From Duganella vulcania (GTDB taxonomy: Bacteria > Pseudomonadota > Gammaproteobacteria > Burkholderiales > Burkholderiaceae_D): a stretch of 24,000 nucleotides of DNA. The stretch is taken from assembly GCF_009857645.1 (NCBI RefSeq), contig NZ_WWCW01000029.1. One strand, written 5' to 3'. A program made the translations under genes and the position numbers. Shown here piece after piece: positions 5,655 to 23,760 of this stretch; position 1 is the first letter of the stretch; every line of letters starts with the position of its first letter. The notes beneath the pieces are model-generated. The model searched no databases, had not been told where the DNA came from, and saw only the letters and a list, made by a program, of their open reading frames with translations.

Positions 5655-7052
5655 ATGGAACCTGGCAAACCCTTTATCCACCCCTACATCCCCAACTCGG
5701 TGCCCGCCGTGCGCGAGGCCATGCTGCGCGCCGTGGGCGCCGCCAGCACCGAGGACTTCTTCGCCGACATCCCCGTCGCGCTGCGCATGCAGGCGCCGCT
5801 GGCGATCGCCGCGCCGCACCTGTCGGAGGCGCGCCTCAAGCGCCACGTGGACGGCCTGCTGCGCAAGAACAGCCACTGCGCCGGGCAGCTCAGCTTCCTG
5901 GGCGGCGGCTGCTACCAGCATCACGTGCCGGCCGTTTGCGACGAGATCAACGGCCGCAGCGAGTTCGCCACCGCCTACGCCGGCGAACCGTACGACGACC
6001 ATGGCCGCTTCCAGGCGCTGTTCGAATACTGCAGCATGATGGGCGCGCTGCTGGAGATGGACGTGGTCAACGTGCCGGTGTACGACGGCATGCAGGCCGC
6101 CGCCACCGCCGTGCGCATGGCGGGCCGCCACACCGGCCGGCGCCGTGTGGTGGTCGCCGGCCACGTCAACCCGGACAAGCTGTCCATGATGAACACCTAC
6201 GGCCGCGCCGATCTCGATTTCATCACCGCGCCGTTCGATCCGGCCACCGGCCTGCTGGACCTGGCCAAGGTCAAGCGCCTGCTCGACCAGGACACCGCCG
6301 CGCTGTACGTCGACATCCCATCCTTCCTCGGCACCATCGACGACGGCGCCGCGCTGGCCGCCGCCGCGCATGCGGTGGGCGCGTTGTTCGTGGTGGGCGT
6401 CGATCCGGTGTCGCTGGGCGTGCTGGCGCCGCCGGCCAGTTACGGCGCCGACATCGTCTGCGGCGACATCCAGCCACTCGGCATGCACATGAACTACGGC
6501 GGCGGCCAGGGCGGCTTCATCGCCAGCCATGACGATCCCGCCATCGTCATGCAGTATCCATCGCGGCTGTTCGGCATCGTGCCCACCAGCGTGCCGGGCG
6601 AGTACGGCTTCGGCGACGTGGCCTATAGCCGCACCTCGTTCGACAAGCGCGAGAACGGCAACGAATTCGTCGGCACCGCGGCCGCGCTGTGGGGCATCAC
6701 GGCGGGCGTGTACCTGGCGCTGATGGGACCACAAGGCATGACCGAACTGGCCACCGGCATCGTCCAGCGCACCGCCTATGCCAGGCAGCGCATGGCGCGC
6801 ATCCCCGGCGTGCGGATCGCGCACGCGGGCAGCTGCCACTTCCGCGAGTTCGCCGTCAACTTCGACGGCACCGGCCTGCCGGTGGCCGCCGTCAACGCCG
6901 CCTTGCTGCAGCAGGGCGTCTTCGGCGGCCATGACCTGAGCGCCGCCTTCCCCGCGCTGGGCCAGTCGGCCTTGTACGCCTTTTCCGAAGTCCACACGCA
7001 GGAAGACATCGACCTGCTGTGCGCAACGCTAGAGAAAGTCCTCCAACAATGA
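5655..7052 (+). CDS. gcvPA: glycine dehydrogenase (aminomethyl-transferring) subunit 1-like protein, divergent GcvPA paralog
   Basis: 465 aa. The N-terminal HPYIPNSVPAVREAMLRAVG and FADIP, and the segments ALFEYCSMMGALLEMDVVNVPVYDGMQAAATAVRMA and GADIVCGDIQPLG, follow the GcvPA layout. AGGAAA lies 5 nt upstream of the ATG. Confidence 0.85.
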   Translation: MEPGKPFIHPYIPNSVPAVREAMLRAVGAASTEDFFADIPVALRMQAPLAIAAPHLSEARLKRHVDGLLRKNSHCAGQLSFLGGGCYQHHVPAVCDEINGRSEFATAYAGEPYDDHGRFQALFEYCSMMGALLEMDVVNVPVYDGMQAAATAVRMAGRHTGRRRVVVAGHVNPDKLSMMNTYGRADLDFITAPFDPATGLLDLAKVKRLLDQDTAALYVDIPSFLGTIDDGAALAAAAHAVGALFVVGVDPVSLGVLAPPASYGADIVCGDIQPLGMHMNYGGGQGGFIASHDDPAIVMQYPSRLFGIVPTSVPGEYGFGDVAYSRTSFDKRENGNEFVGTAAALWGITAGVYLALMGPQGMTELATGIVQRTAYARQRMARIPGVRIAHAGSCHFREFAVNFDGTGLPVAAVNAALLQQGVFGGHDLSAAFPALGQSALYAFSEVHTQEDIDLLCATLEKVLQQ

Positions 7053-8635
7053 ACGCCATGGAAAACATCGCCCACCACCGCAAGCAGCAGATGCGCCGCT
7101 ACCACCAGGCGCGCTGGGACGAACCGGTCATCTTTGAACTGAGCCAGCCCGGCGAACGCGGCATCCTGGTGCCGGAAGTGGAGCCGGACATCGTGCGTGC
7201 AGCAGGCCAGCCGCTGGCCGGGCTGCCCGCCGCCATGCTGCGCCAGCGCGCGCCGGCGCTGCCGGAGATGTCGCAGAACCGCGTGCTGCGCCACTACCTG
7301 CGCCTGTCGCAGGAGACGCTGGGCGCGGACCTCAACGTCGACGTGGGGCAGGGCACCTGCACCATGAAGTACAACCCCAAGATCAACGACCAGCTAGCGC
7401 GCCAACCCGGCATGGCGGAGCTGCATCCGCGCCAGCCCGACAGCACCGTGCAAGGCATGCTGGAGGTGATGGACAAGCTGGAAGGCGTGCTGCGCGAAGT
7501 GTCGGGCATGGATGCCGTATCGCTGCAGGCGCGCGGCGGATCGCAGGCCATCTTCGCCAACATGGCGATGGTGCGCGCCTGGCACGAGAGCCGTGGCGAA
7601 GCGGATCGGCGCGATGAAGTCATCACCACCATCTTCTCGCACCCGTCGGACGCCGCCTGCGCCAAGCTGGCCGGCTACCGGGTCATCACGCTCTACCCGG
7701 ACGCGAACGGCTACCCGGACCTGGAGGCGTTGAAGGCGGCCGTGTCGCCGCGCACGGCGGCGCTGGTGATCACCAATCCGGAGGACACCGGCATCTTCAA
7801 TAGCCGCATCCGCGAATTCGTCGACGTGGTGCACGCGGCCGGCGGCTTGTGTGTGTACGACCAGGCCAACGCCAACGGCCTGCTGGGCATCGCCCGCGCG
7901 CGCGAGGCGGGCTTCGACCTGTGCCACTTCAACCTGCACAAGACCTTCGCCACGCCGCACGCCTGCGGCGGCCCGGCGGTCGGCGCGGTGTGCTGCACGG
8001 CGGCGCTGGCGCCGTTCCTGCCCGGCCCCCTGGTGCGGCACAAGGACGGCCGCTACACGCTGGTGGATGGCGCGGCGCAGTCGATCGGCAAGATCAGCAG
8101 CTTCACCGGCACCGCCTCCATCATGCTGCGCGCCTATGCGTGGATCATGAACCTGGGCGCCGAGGGCTTGCGCACCGTGTCCGAGATCGCGGTCCTGAAC
8201 AACAACTACATGATGCACGAGCTGCTGAAGATCAACGGCATGGCCGCGCCCTACGCGGCGGGCAAGCGCCGCATCGAGCAGGTGCGCTACAGCTGGGCGG
8301 GCCTCACCGAGGCAACCGGCGTGACGTCGGAGGAAATCGGCCTGCGCGCCGCCGACTTCGGCGTGCATTACTGGACCAGCCACCATCCCTACGTGGTGCC
8401 GGAGCCGGCCACCATCGAGCCGACCGAATCCTATTCGCGCGCCGACCTCGATGAATTCATCGGCGTGATGCGCCACATCGCCGGCGAAGCGCACAGCGAT
8501 CCGGACCTGGTCAAGACCGCGCCGCACAACTGCCCGGTGCACCGCGTGCAGGGCGAGATGCTGGACGATCCGGAGCGCTGGTCCATCACCTGGCGCGCCT
8601 ACCAACGCAAGCTGGGCGAGCGCGGGCTGGCATGA
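7049..8635 (+). CDS. gcvPB: glycine dehydrogenase subunit 2-like PLP enzyme, divergent GcvPB paralog
   Basis: I chose the ATG at 7049, which forms an ATGA overlap with the upstream stop at 7050-7052, rather than the track start at 7019. Supporting segments are EPVIFELSQPGERG and the PLP-lysine motif NLHKTF. The following loop reads PHACGGPAVG instead of the canonical PHGGGGPG. Confidence 0.85.
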   Translation: MNAMENIAHHRKQQMRRYHQARWDEPVIFELSQPGERGILVPEVEPDIVRAAGQPLAGLPAAMLRQRAPALPEMSQNRVLRHYLRLSQETLGADLNVDVGQGTCTMKYNPKINDQLARQPGMAELHPRQPDSTVQGMLEVMDKLEGVLREVSGMDAVSLQARGGSQAIFANMAMVRAWHESRGEADRRDEVITTIFSHPSDAACAKLAGYRVITLYPDANGYPDLEALKAAVSPRTAALVITNPEDTGIFNSRIREFVDVVHAAGGLCVYDQANANGLLGIARAREAGFDLCHFNLHKTFATPHACGGPAVGAVCCTAALAPFLPGPLVRHKDGRYTLVDGAAQSIGKISSFTGTASIMLRAYAWIMNLGAEGLRTVSEIAVLNNNYMMHELLKINGMAAPYAAGKRRIEQVRYSWAGLTEATGVTSEEIGLRAADFGVHYWTSHHPYVVPEPATIEPTESYSRADLDEFIGVMRHIAGEAHSDPDLVKTAPHNCPVHRVQGEMLDDPERWSITWRAYQRKLGERGLA

Positions 8636-9765
8636 AGATCGGATTGGTGGTCAATCCCTGGGCCGGCATCGGCGGCCCGGCCGGCCTTAAAGGATCGGAT
8701 GGCGCGGCCAGCGTGCAGGCGGCGCTGGCGGCCAGCAGCACGCCGCAGGTGGCCGCGCGCATGGCCACCATGTTCGCGGCCTGTGGCGGCGCGGCGCAAG
8801 CCGTCAGCTGGTACACGGCCGACGGCGACATGGGCCTGTGCGCGCTGCATGCGGCTGGCCTGCAGGCCAGCGCAGTGGTGCCGGTCGCATCGCCGTCACA
8901 GGCGGCTGACACGCGCCGCGCCAGCCGCATCCTGGCTGGCATGGGGATGGACCTGCTGCTATTCGCCGGCGGCGACGGCACCGCGCGCGATGTGCTGGAC
9001 GGCCTGCGCGATGCCGGCGCAATCGGCAGCTTGCCGGTGCTGGGCGTGCCGGCCGGCGTGAAGATGCAGTCGGCGGTCTTCACCAACCATCCAACCGCTG
9101 CGGGCCTGTTGCTGCGCCAGCTGCAGCAGAACGGCCTGGCCGTCTGCAGCGACGCCGAAGTGATGGACCTCGACGAGGACGCGCTGCGGCATGGCCGGAT
9201 CGAGCCGCGCCTGTACGGCTACCTGCAACTGCCGCTGGCGCCGTCGCTGACGCAGGGCGGCAAGTCGCGCCACGCCAGCGGCAGCGGGGCGCAGCGCATG
9301 GCCATCGCCCGAGGCTTCGCCGAAGGGATGGCGGCGCGCTCGCTGTACCTGGTCGGCCCCGGCACGACCACGCAAGCCTTGCTGTCGCTGCTGGGCGTGG
9401 ACGGCACCCTGCTGGGCGTGGACGCGGTGCAGGGCGACGGCACGCTGCTGGCGCGCGACGCCTCGCGCCGCGAATTGGAAGACCTGGCCGGCGATTGGCA
9501 ATCGCCGCCGCACCTGGTGCTGTCGCCGATCGGCGGCCAGGGGCTGGTGCTGGGGCGTGGCAACCAGCAGATTTCACCGCGCCTGCTGCGCGCGGCCGGC
9601 CGGCGCGGGCTGCACGTGCTGGCGCCGCCGGACAAGTTGATGTCGCTGCACGGCGGCGTGCTGCGCATCGACAGCGGCGATGCGGAACTCGATGCGCAAT
9701 TCAATGGGTATTTGCCGGTGACGACCGGCTACCGGGAGCAGACCATGTGGCCGGTCTCGGTGTAG
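8632..9765 (+). CDS. ATP-NAD kinase family protein, AcoX-like
   Basis: 377 aa. MKIGLVVNPWAGIGGPAGLKGSDG and FAGGDGTARDV are typical of the NAD-kinase/diacylglycerol-kinase-like fold family. The start forms an ATGA overlap with the gcvPB-like stop. Confidence 0.8.
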   Translation: MKIGLVVNPWAGIGGPAGLKGSDGAASVQAALAASSTPQVAARMATMFAACGGAAQAVSWYTADGDMGLCALHAAGLQASAVVPVASPSQAADTRRASRILAGMGMDLLLFAGGDGTARDVLDGLRDAGAIGSLPVLGVPAGVKMQSAVFTNHPTAAGLLLRQLQQNGLAVCSDAEVMDLDEDALRHGRIEPRLYGYLQLPLAPSLTQGGKSRHASGSGAQRMAIARGFAEGMAARSLYLVGPGTTTQALLSLLGVDGTLLGVDAVQGDGTLLARDASRRELEDLAGDWQSPPHLVLSPIGGQGLVLGRGNQQISPRLLRAAGRRGLHVLAPPDKLMSLHGGVLRIDSGDAELDAQFNGYLPVTTGYREQTMWPVSV

Positions 9766-9809
9766 CGGCAGCAAAGCAGCACATAACGATAACTATCTGG
9801 AGATTCCAA

Positions 9810-19673
<9,864 letters not shown>

Positions 19674-20453
19674 TTATGCCGATCCGGCCAGGCCGCCGCC
19701 GTCCACCACCAGCGCGTCGCCGGTGACGAAGGATGCGCGGTCCGATGCGAGGAACAGCACCGCCTGAGCGATCTCGCGCGGCTGGCCCACGCGCATCAGC
19801 GGCCGTCCGGCGCCGGCCGCCACCAGCGCGGTTTCTTCAAGCCCCAGCTGCTGCGCTTCGTTGCGCAGCATGGGGGTGTCGGTATCGCCGGGGCAGACGC
19901 AGTTGACGCGGATGTTCTGCGGGCCGTGGTCCACCGCCATCGCCTTGGTCAGTATCACCACCGCGCCCTTGGAGGCGCAATAGGACACGGCGTCCTTCCC
20001 GCCCACCAGCCCCCAGCCGGAAGCCGTGTTGATGATGCTGCCGCCGCCTTGCTTCTGCATCACCGGCACCGCGTATTTGCACATCAGGAAAATCGATTTG
20101 ACGTTGACCGCCATGACCTGGTCCCATTCCTGTTCGGTGGTGTCGATCACGTTGGCGCGGCGGGTGATGCCGGCGTTGTTGAACAGGACGTCGAGCCGGC
20201 CGTAGCGCGACACGGCTGCCGCCACCGCCGCCGCGCAATCGGCGGCCACGGCGACGTCGGTGCGGATGAAGGAGGCGCGCGCGCCGCCCTCCACCAGCGC
20301 CGCCACCGCCAGCTCGCCGGCGGCGCCGTCGCGGTCGGCGATCAGCACCGTGGCGCCTTCGCGCGCGAACAATTCCGCCGTGGCGCGGCCGATGCCGGAC
20401 GCGCCTCCCGTCACCAATGCCACCTTGCCTGCCAGTTCGCCGTGCTGATGCAT
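19674..20453 (-). CDS. SDR-family oxidoreductase
   Basis: 259 aa. The Rossmann motif is VTGGASGIGRA. NNAG and the catalytic YCASKGAV (YxxxK) are present. GGAGA lies 7 nt upstream of the ATG. It is the first gene of the SDR-ebgA-ebgC-permease operon. Confidence 0.93.
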   Translation of the reverse strand: MHQHGELAGKVALVTGGASGIGRATAELFAREGATVLIADRDGAAGELAVAALVEGGARASFIRTDVAVAADCAAAVAAAVSRYGRLDVLFNNAGITRRANVIDTTEQEWDQVMAVNVKSIFLMCKYAVPVMQKQGGGSIINTASGWGLVGGKDAVSYCASKGAVVILTKAMAVDHGPQNIRVNCVCPGDTDTPMLRNEAQQLGLEETALVAAGAGRPLMRVGQPREIAQAVLFLASDRASFVTGDALVVDGGGLAGSA

Positions 20454-20522
20454 GTGCCGTCTCCATTTTATGGGTTATGCACTATGTTGCCCTCATTTCG
20501 GGCGCGCTGACAAATGAAACCT

Positions 20523-20590
20523 CTGCATGGCATGCATAAGGCCTGCTAATGCGTGAAACGCTCCGGCGCGCACGGCAGCCATGCATGCAG
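20523..20590. promoter_or_regulatory. paired ATGCAT-core palindromic boxes flanking a CTAAT, either an operator or a long hairpin
   Basis: CTGCATGGCATGCAT (20523-20537) and CCATGCATGCAG (20579-20590) are mutually inverted, giving 11 bp with one bulge. CTAAT lies at 20546-20550. The region sits between the stop of the J-like gene and the start of the SDR-ebg operon. Confidence 0.35.
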
Positions 20591-20615
20591 TTGATGGATG
20601 CGACGGCCCGAATGT

Positions 20616-21842
20616 CTACGGATTCGATGGGATGGTGAAGGTCACTTCGAATTTCCTCGGCGTCGCCTGCGGGAAGGGGACCGACTGACGTATCGCCTTG
20701 GCGACGGCGTCGTCGTAGGCGGAGCTGTCGGATGTCCTGAGCATGTTCAGCATGTAGATTTCGCCATTCTGGTCCAGGTCCACGCGGAAGTTCACCTGAT
20801 GCGGGCCGTTGCCTGGAGGATGTACCGGCAGGCGCGGTATCCTGGCTTCGATCGCTTTCAGTTGATAGGGCGTCAGGTGCGGCGGCAGGTTTTCCTGTTT
20901 CTGCGTAATGATGGGCGGTGGCTGCGGCGGTGGCGTGTCCGATGCCGAAAAATTGCTGAACGCGATACGCACCATGTTGAGGACGATGAGAACGGTGCCC
21001 CAGGTCAGCCACATGTTCGGGCTTCTGGCCTTGGCGGTTTCGGGGGAGCGCTTCTTCTTGTCCTGCGGTAGCTGCAGATGGCGTTCGCGCCAGTGCTCAA
21101 CCGTCTTCAGGTCGACCATTATCGACATCCAGACGGGGAAATAATTCATCAGGATGTCCAGATAGTGCATGTCGTCGTGCAGCTGCTTGCTGGCCGGCTC
21201 GCCTGTCTTGCGCAGCCGCGCGATGACGGAGCGGTGGATCGTCTGCTGGGATTCCGGCAGCGAATCGAAGCCTTTGCCCTCGCGGATCGCCTGGTCGATC
21301 AGCATGCCGGACCGGCCCAGCGGCGCCAGCCGGCGCGAGTCCTCGGACCAATGGAAGTGCTGGACGGCGACGGGAAACAGCATCTCATGGCCCGGCCGCC
21401 AGCCGCCGGCTAGCCAGCCGGCGATGTGCGATTCGAAGAGGGCGCGCGCGTTCAGGTTCAGCAGCCGGTCGTCGTCCAGGCAGCTTTGCAGCGCGGCCTG
21501 CCAGCGCGTCAGATACTGGCCGGGATGATGCCGCGCCAGTTCAGCTGTCGTCTCGATGAATTCGTTGAAGACTGTCAGGCCGTGCTGTGGCGCCGGCATT
21601 GGCAATGGCAGCGGCGCTTGTGCAGGACCAGGCGCAGGCACAGGGCCTGGCTCAGGCACAGGCGCCTGGCGGCCGGCCCAGTGCAGCGCCGCCTCGTAGG
21701 CTTCGCGCAACGCCTGGAAGCCGGCGGCGTCCCGCTCCTGGTCGATCAGCTTCAGTTCGCGCGCGTAGGCGCGGCGGATGCTGCGGGCGTCGGCGTCGTC
21801 GTCCAGTCCCAGCCGGTGTAGAAAGGGCATCGTGTCGCGCAT
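20616..21842 (-). CDS. membrane protein with an N-terminal J-like domain lacking HPD and a C-terminal TonB-C-like domain
   Basis: The start is ambiguous: TTG at 21854, ATG at 21842 or ATG at 21830. LGLDDDADARSIRRAYARELKLIDQERDAAGFQALREAYEAAL aligns to a J-domain, with DQE at the HPD position. There is one TM segment (MWLTWGTVLIVLNMVRIAF). A Pro-rich linker (DTPPPQPPP) follows. The C-terminal HQVNFRVDLDQNGEIYMLNMLRTSDSSAYDDAVAKAIRQSVPFP fits the TonB C-terminal pattern. Confidence 0.8.
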   Translation of the reverse strand: MRDTMPFLHRLGLDDDADARSIRRAYARELKLIDQERDAAGFQALREAYEAALHWAGRQAPVPEPGPVPAPGPAQAPLPLPMPAPQHGLTVFNEFIETTAELARHHPGQYLTRWQAALQSCLDDDRLLNLNARALFESHIAGWLAGGWRPGHEMLFPVAVQHFHWSEDSRRLAPLGRSGMLIDQAIREGKGFDSLPESQQTIHRSVIARLRKTGEPASKQLHDDMHYLDILMNYFPVWMSIMVDLKTVEHWRERHLQLPQDKKKRSPETAKARSPNMWLTWGTVLIVLNMVRIAFSNFSASDTPPPQPPPIITQKQENLPPHLTPYQLKAIEARIPRLPVHPPGNGPHQVNFRVDLDQNGEIYMLNMLRTSDSSAYDDAVAKAIRQSVPFPQATPRKFEVTFTIPSNP

Positions 21843-21850
21843 GGTTGGCC

Positions 21851-23563
21851 TCAAGCGTCGGGATGGAGCAGGCTGTGCCGCTCAAGCTCGTCGAGCAGCT
21901 GGCCAAAGGCCTTGGCGGCCGGCAGGCACTGGTGCTTGTCCTGGCTCTCCAGCGCCTGCTCGAAGCGGACGATCTGCACGCCCAGGTGCTGGCGGAGGTC
22001 GCCGCGCAACTGCTGGTACAGCCGCTCGCCGCGCGCCAGCAGCGTGCGGTTCTCCATCTGGTCGCGCGGATGGATCTTCAGCGCCGACAGCGCGGCGAAG
22101 CGCTCGGCGATTTCCTCGTCCGACAGCAGGCCGGGATTGCCTGCGATGAGCAGCGACACGGTGTCGCCGGTCTTGAGGATGGTGGCCTCGACCTGCAGCA
22201 GGCCGTTGACGTCGTAGGTGAAGCGCACATCGACGCCGCATTCGTCGCGCGCGCCGTCGGGCAAGTCGATCAACAACTCGCCCAGCTTGATATTGTCCGC
22301 CGCCATGCGGGCCTCGCCCTGGAACACGTTGATGTGCAGCTGGCGCTGGCCATCGTGCAGCGGGAAGTAGCGCTTGACCCGGCTGACCGGCACCACGCTG
22401 TTGCGCTCGATGATCGGGTCGAAATGGCCGTGCGAGTAGCTGGCCTGGGTCACGCGCAGCGAGGTGTCGATGCCCAGCGAATACGGCGACACGTCGGTCA
22501 TCACCACCTCGTCCAGCGCCGCGTCCTTGGCCTTGAGGCCGGCCTGCACCGCCGCGCCCAGCGCGACCACCTCGTCCGGGTTGATGTCGCAGGCGGGCAG
22601 GCGGCCGAACATGCGCGCCACCAGGCGCCGCACCATCGGCATGCGGGTGGCGCCGCCGGCCAGCACCACGTTGTCCAGTTCGGCGCTGGGCAGCTGGGCG
22701 TCGCGCAGCGCGCGTTCGACCGGATCGCGCAGGCGCGCCAGCAGCGGGGCGCAGATTTTTTCGAACGCGGCCTCGTCGAGCTCCATCGCGAAGTCGGCGC
22801 CGTTGTCGCGGATGCGTATCGTGGTGCCGGGCGCCTCGCTCAGCGCGCGCTTGGCCGCCTCCACCTGCGCGCCCAGGCGCTGCATGAAGCCGGCGTCGTT
22901 CTTGTAGTGCGGCGACATCTTGTTGTGCTCGAAGAAGCGTTCGATCACGCAGGCCACGAAGTCTTCGCCGCCCAGGTAGTTGTCGCCGGCCGAGGCCCGC
23001 ACTTCCATCACGTTGTCGAACAGGTCCAGCACCGAGACGTCGAAGGTGCCGCCGCCCAGGTCGAACACCAGGAACTTCGACTCGCTGTCGCGCAGATGGA
23101 TGCCGTAGGCCAGCGCGGCGGCGGTCGGTTCGTTGAGCAGGCGCTCGACCTTCAGGCCCGCCAGCTGGCCGGCCGCGCGCGTGGCCTTGCGCTGGGCGTC
23201 GGAGAAGTAGGCGGGCACGGTGATGATCGCCTCGGTGACCGGCCGGCCCAGCGCGGCCTCGGCGTCGGCCTTCAGCGCGCGCAGTATCAGCGCCGACAAC
23301 TCCTCCGCCCGGAAGCCGCGCTGGCCGAGGGCGATCTGCTGGTCGCTGCCCATGTGGCGTTTGAAGGCGGCGGCGCTGAGGCGGGGATGGGTCTGCAGGC
23401 GTTCGCGCGCGGCGCGCCCGACCAGGATGCTGCCGTCGTCGTCGACGCTGACGCACGACGGCGTCAGCACTTCGCCCAGGCTGTTCGGTATCAGGCGGGC
23501 GGCGCCGTTTTCCCATACCGCGACGAGGCTGTTGGTGGTGCCGAGGTCTATCCCTATGATCAT
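21851..23563 (-). CDS. hscC: Hsp70-family chaperone, HscC-type
   Basis: I chose the ATG at 23563, with AGGGA 7 nt upstream, over the track start at 23611. The start gives MIIGIDLGTTNSLVAVWENGAARLIPN. VPAYFSDAQRKAT, NEPTAAALAYG and DLGGGTFDVSVL are present. The protein is colinear with E. coli HscC as I recall it. Confidence 0.9.
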   Translation of the reverse strand: MIIGIDLGTTNSLVAVWENGAARLIPNSLGEVLTPSCVSVDDDGSILVGRAARERLQTHPRLSAAAFKRHMGSDQQIALGQRGFRAEELSALILRALKADAEAALGRPVTEAIITVPAYFSDAQRKATRAAGQLAGLKVERLLNEPTAAALAYGIHLRDSESKFLVFDLGGGTFDVSVLDLFDNVMEVRASAGDNYLGGEDFVACVIERFFEHNKMSPHYKNDAGFMQRLGAQVEAAKRALSEAPGTTIRIRDNGADFAMELDEAAFEKICAPLLARLRDPVERALRDAQLPSAELDNVVLAGGATRMPMVRRLVARMFGRLPACDINPDEVVALGAAVQAGLKAKDAALDEVVMTDVSPYSLGIDTSLRVTQASYSHGHFDPIIERNSVVPVSRVKRYFPLHDGQRQLHINVFQGEARMAADNIKLGELLIDLPDGARDECGVDVRFTYDVNGLLQVEATILKTGDTVSLLIAGNPGLLSDEEIAERFAALSALKIHPRDQMENRTLLARGERLYQQLRGDLRQHLGVQIVRFEQALESQDKHQCLPAAKAFGQLLDELERHSLLHPDA

Positions 23564-23616
23564 GTGCTGTCCCTGCGGTGAAGATGCTGTCGGCATAAAG
23601 AATGTTGCCATACAGA

Positions 23617-23654
23617 ATCATACCGCAGATGACGGGAGTGTTGGCAAATTGCCA
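23617..23654 (-). promoter_or_regulatory. candidate hscC promoter overlapping a 13-nt palindrome
   Basis: On the minus strand, TTGCCA (+ strand 23643-23648) and TATGAT (+ strand 23617-23622) are separated by 19 nt. The -35-like hexamer lies inside the perfect palindrome TGGCAA-A-TTGCCA (23642-23654). The predicted transcription start would be downstream of the alternative ATG at 23611, which supports the 23563 start. Confidence 0.3.
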
Positions 23655-23760
23655 GTTTTTCCTCAGGCGCGGGTTTGCCGGTGGCGCAGCACGACGATGA
23701 CCACGGCCGCGACGACAAAGCCCGGCAGCGCGGGCCAGTCGGACGGCGGGGCGTTGAGCG

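Noticed and set aside
5640-6995. 451-aa ORF antisense to the gcvPA-like gene. Similar ORFs occur at 5936-6532 and 6776-7294.
   Set aside because: This is a high-GC shadow frame. The sequence is Ala/Gly/Arg/His-rich and low in complexity, and it has no recognisable domain. It is fully overlapped by a gene with clear homology on the other strand.
7394-8605. 403-aa ORF antisense to the gcvPB-like gene. The + strand off-frame ORFs at 7849-8454 and 8586-9086 are of the same kind.
   Set aside because: Same shadow-ORF character in about 70% GC DNA. The opposing frame carries the NLHKTF PLP motif and a colinear GcvPB-like sequence.
9782-9800. Fur-box-like sequence CATAACGATAACTATCTGG just upstream of the TonB-dependent receptor start.
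   Set aside because: By my hand alignment, only about 11 of 19 positions match the GATAATGATAATCATTATC consensus. The sequence also sits on top of the SD and start codon rather than on a promoter. The genomic context points to carbohydrate uptake rather than iron uptake.
9495-9809. N-terminal extensions in the ORF track: TBDR from 9495, GH63 from 12229, permease from 16636, ebgC from 17472, gcvPB-like from 7019 and hscC from 23611.
   Set aside because: The extensions are Arg/Ala/Pro-rich, overlap upstream genes and precede obvious signal peptides or homologous N-termini. The internal starts have SD sequences or ATGA/GTGA coupling.
21587-23621. 664-aa plus-strand ORF and 579-aa minus-strand off-frame ORF over hscC.
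   Set aside because: The Hsp70 motifs occur only in the 21851-23563 frame. The alternatives are Arg/Ala/Gly/Pro-rich shadow translations.
23642-23654. Possible sigma-54 promoter (TGGCA...TTGC) upstream of hscC.
   Set aside because: The GG and GC elements are about 8 nt apart, not the roughly 11 nt of TGGCAC-N5-TTGC. The sequence is better explained as a simple palindrome.
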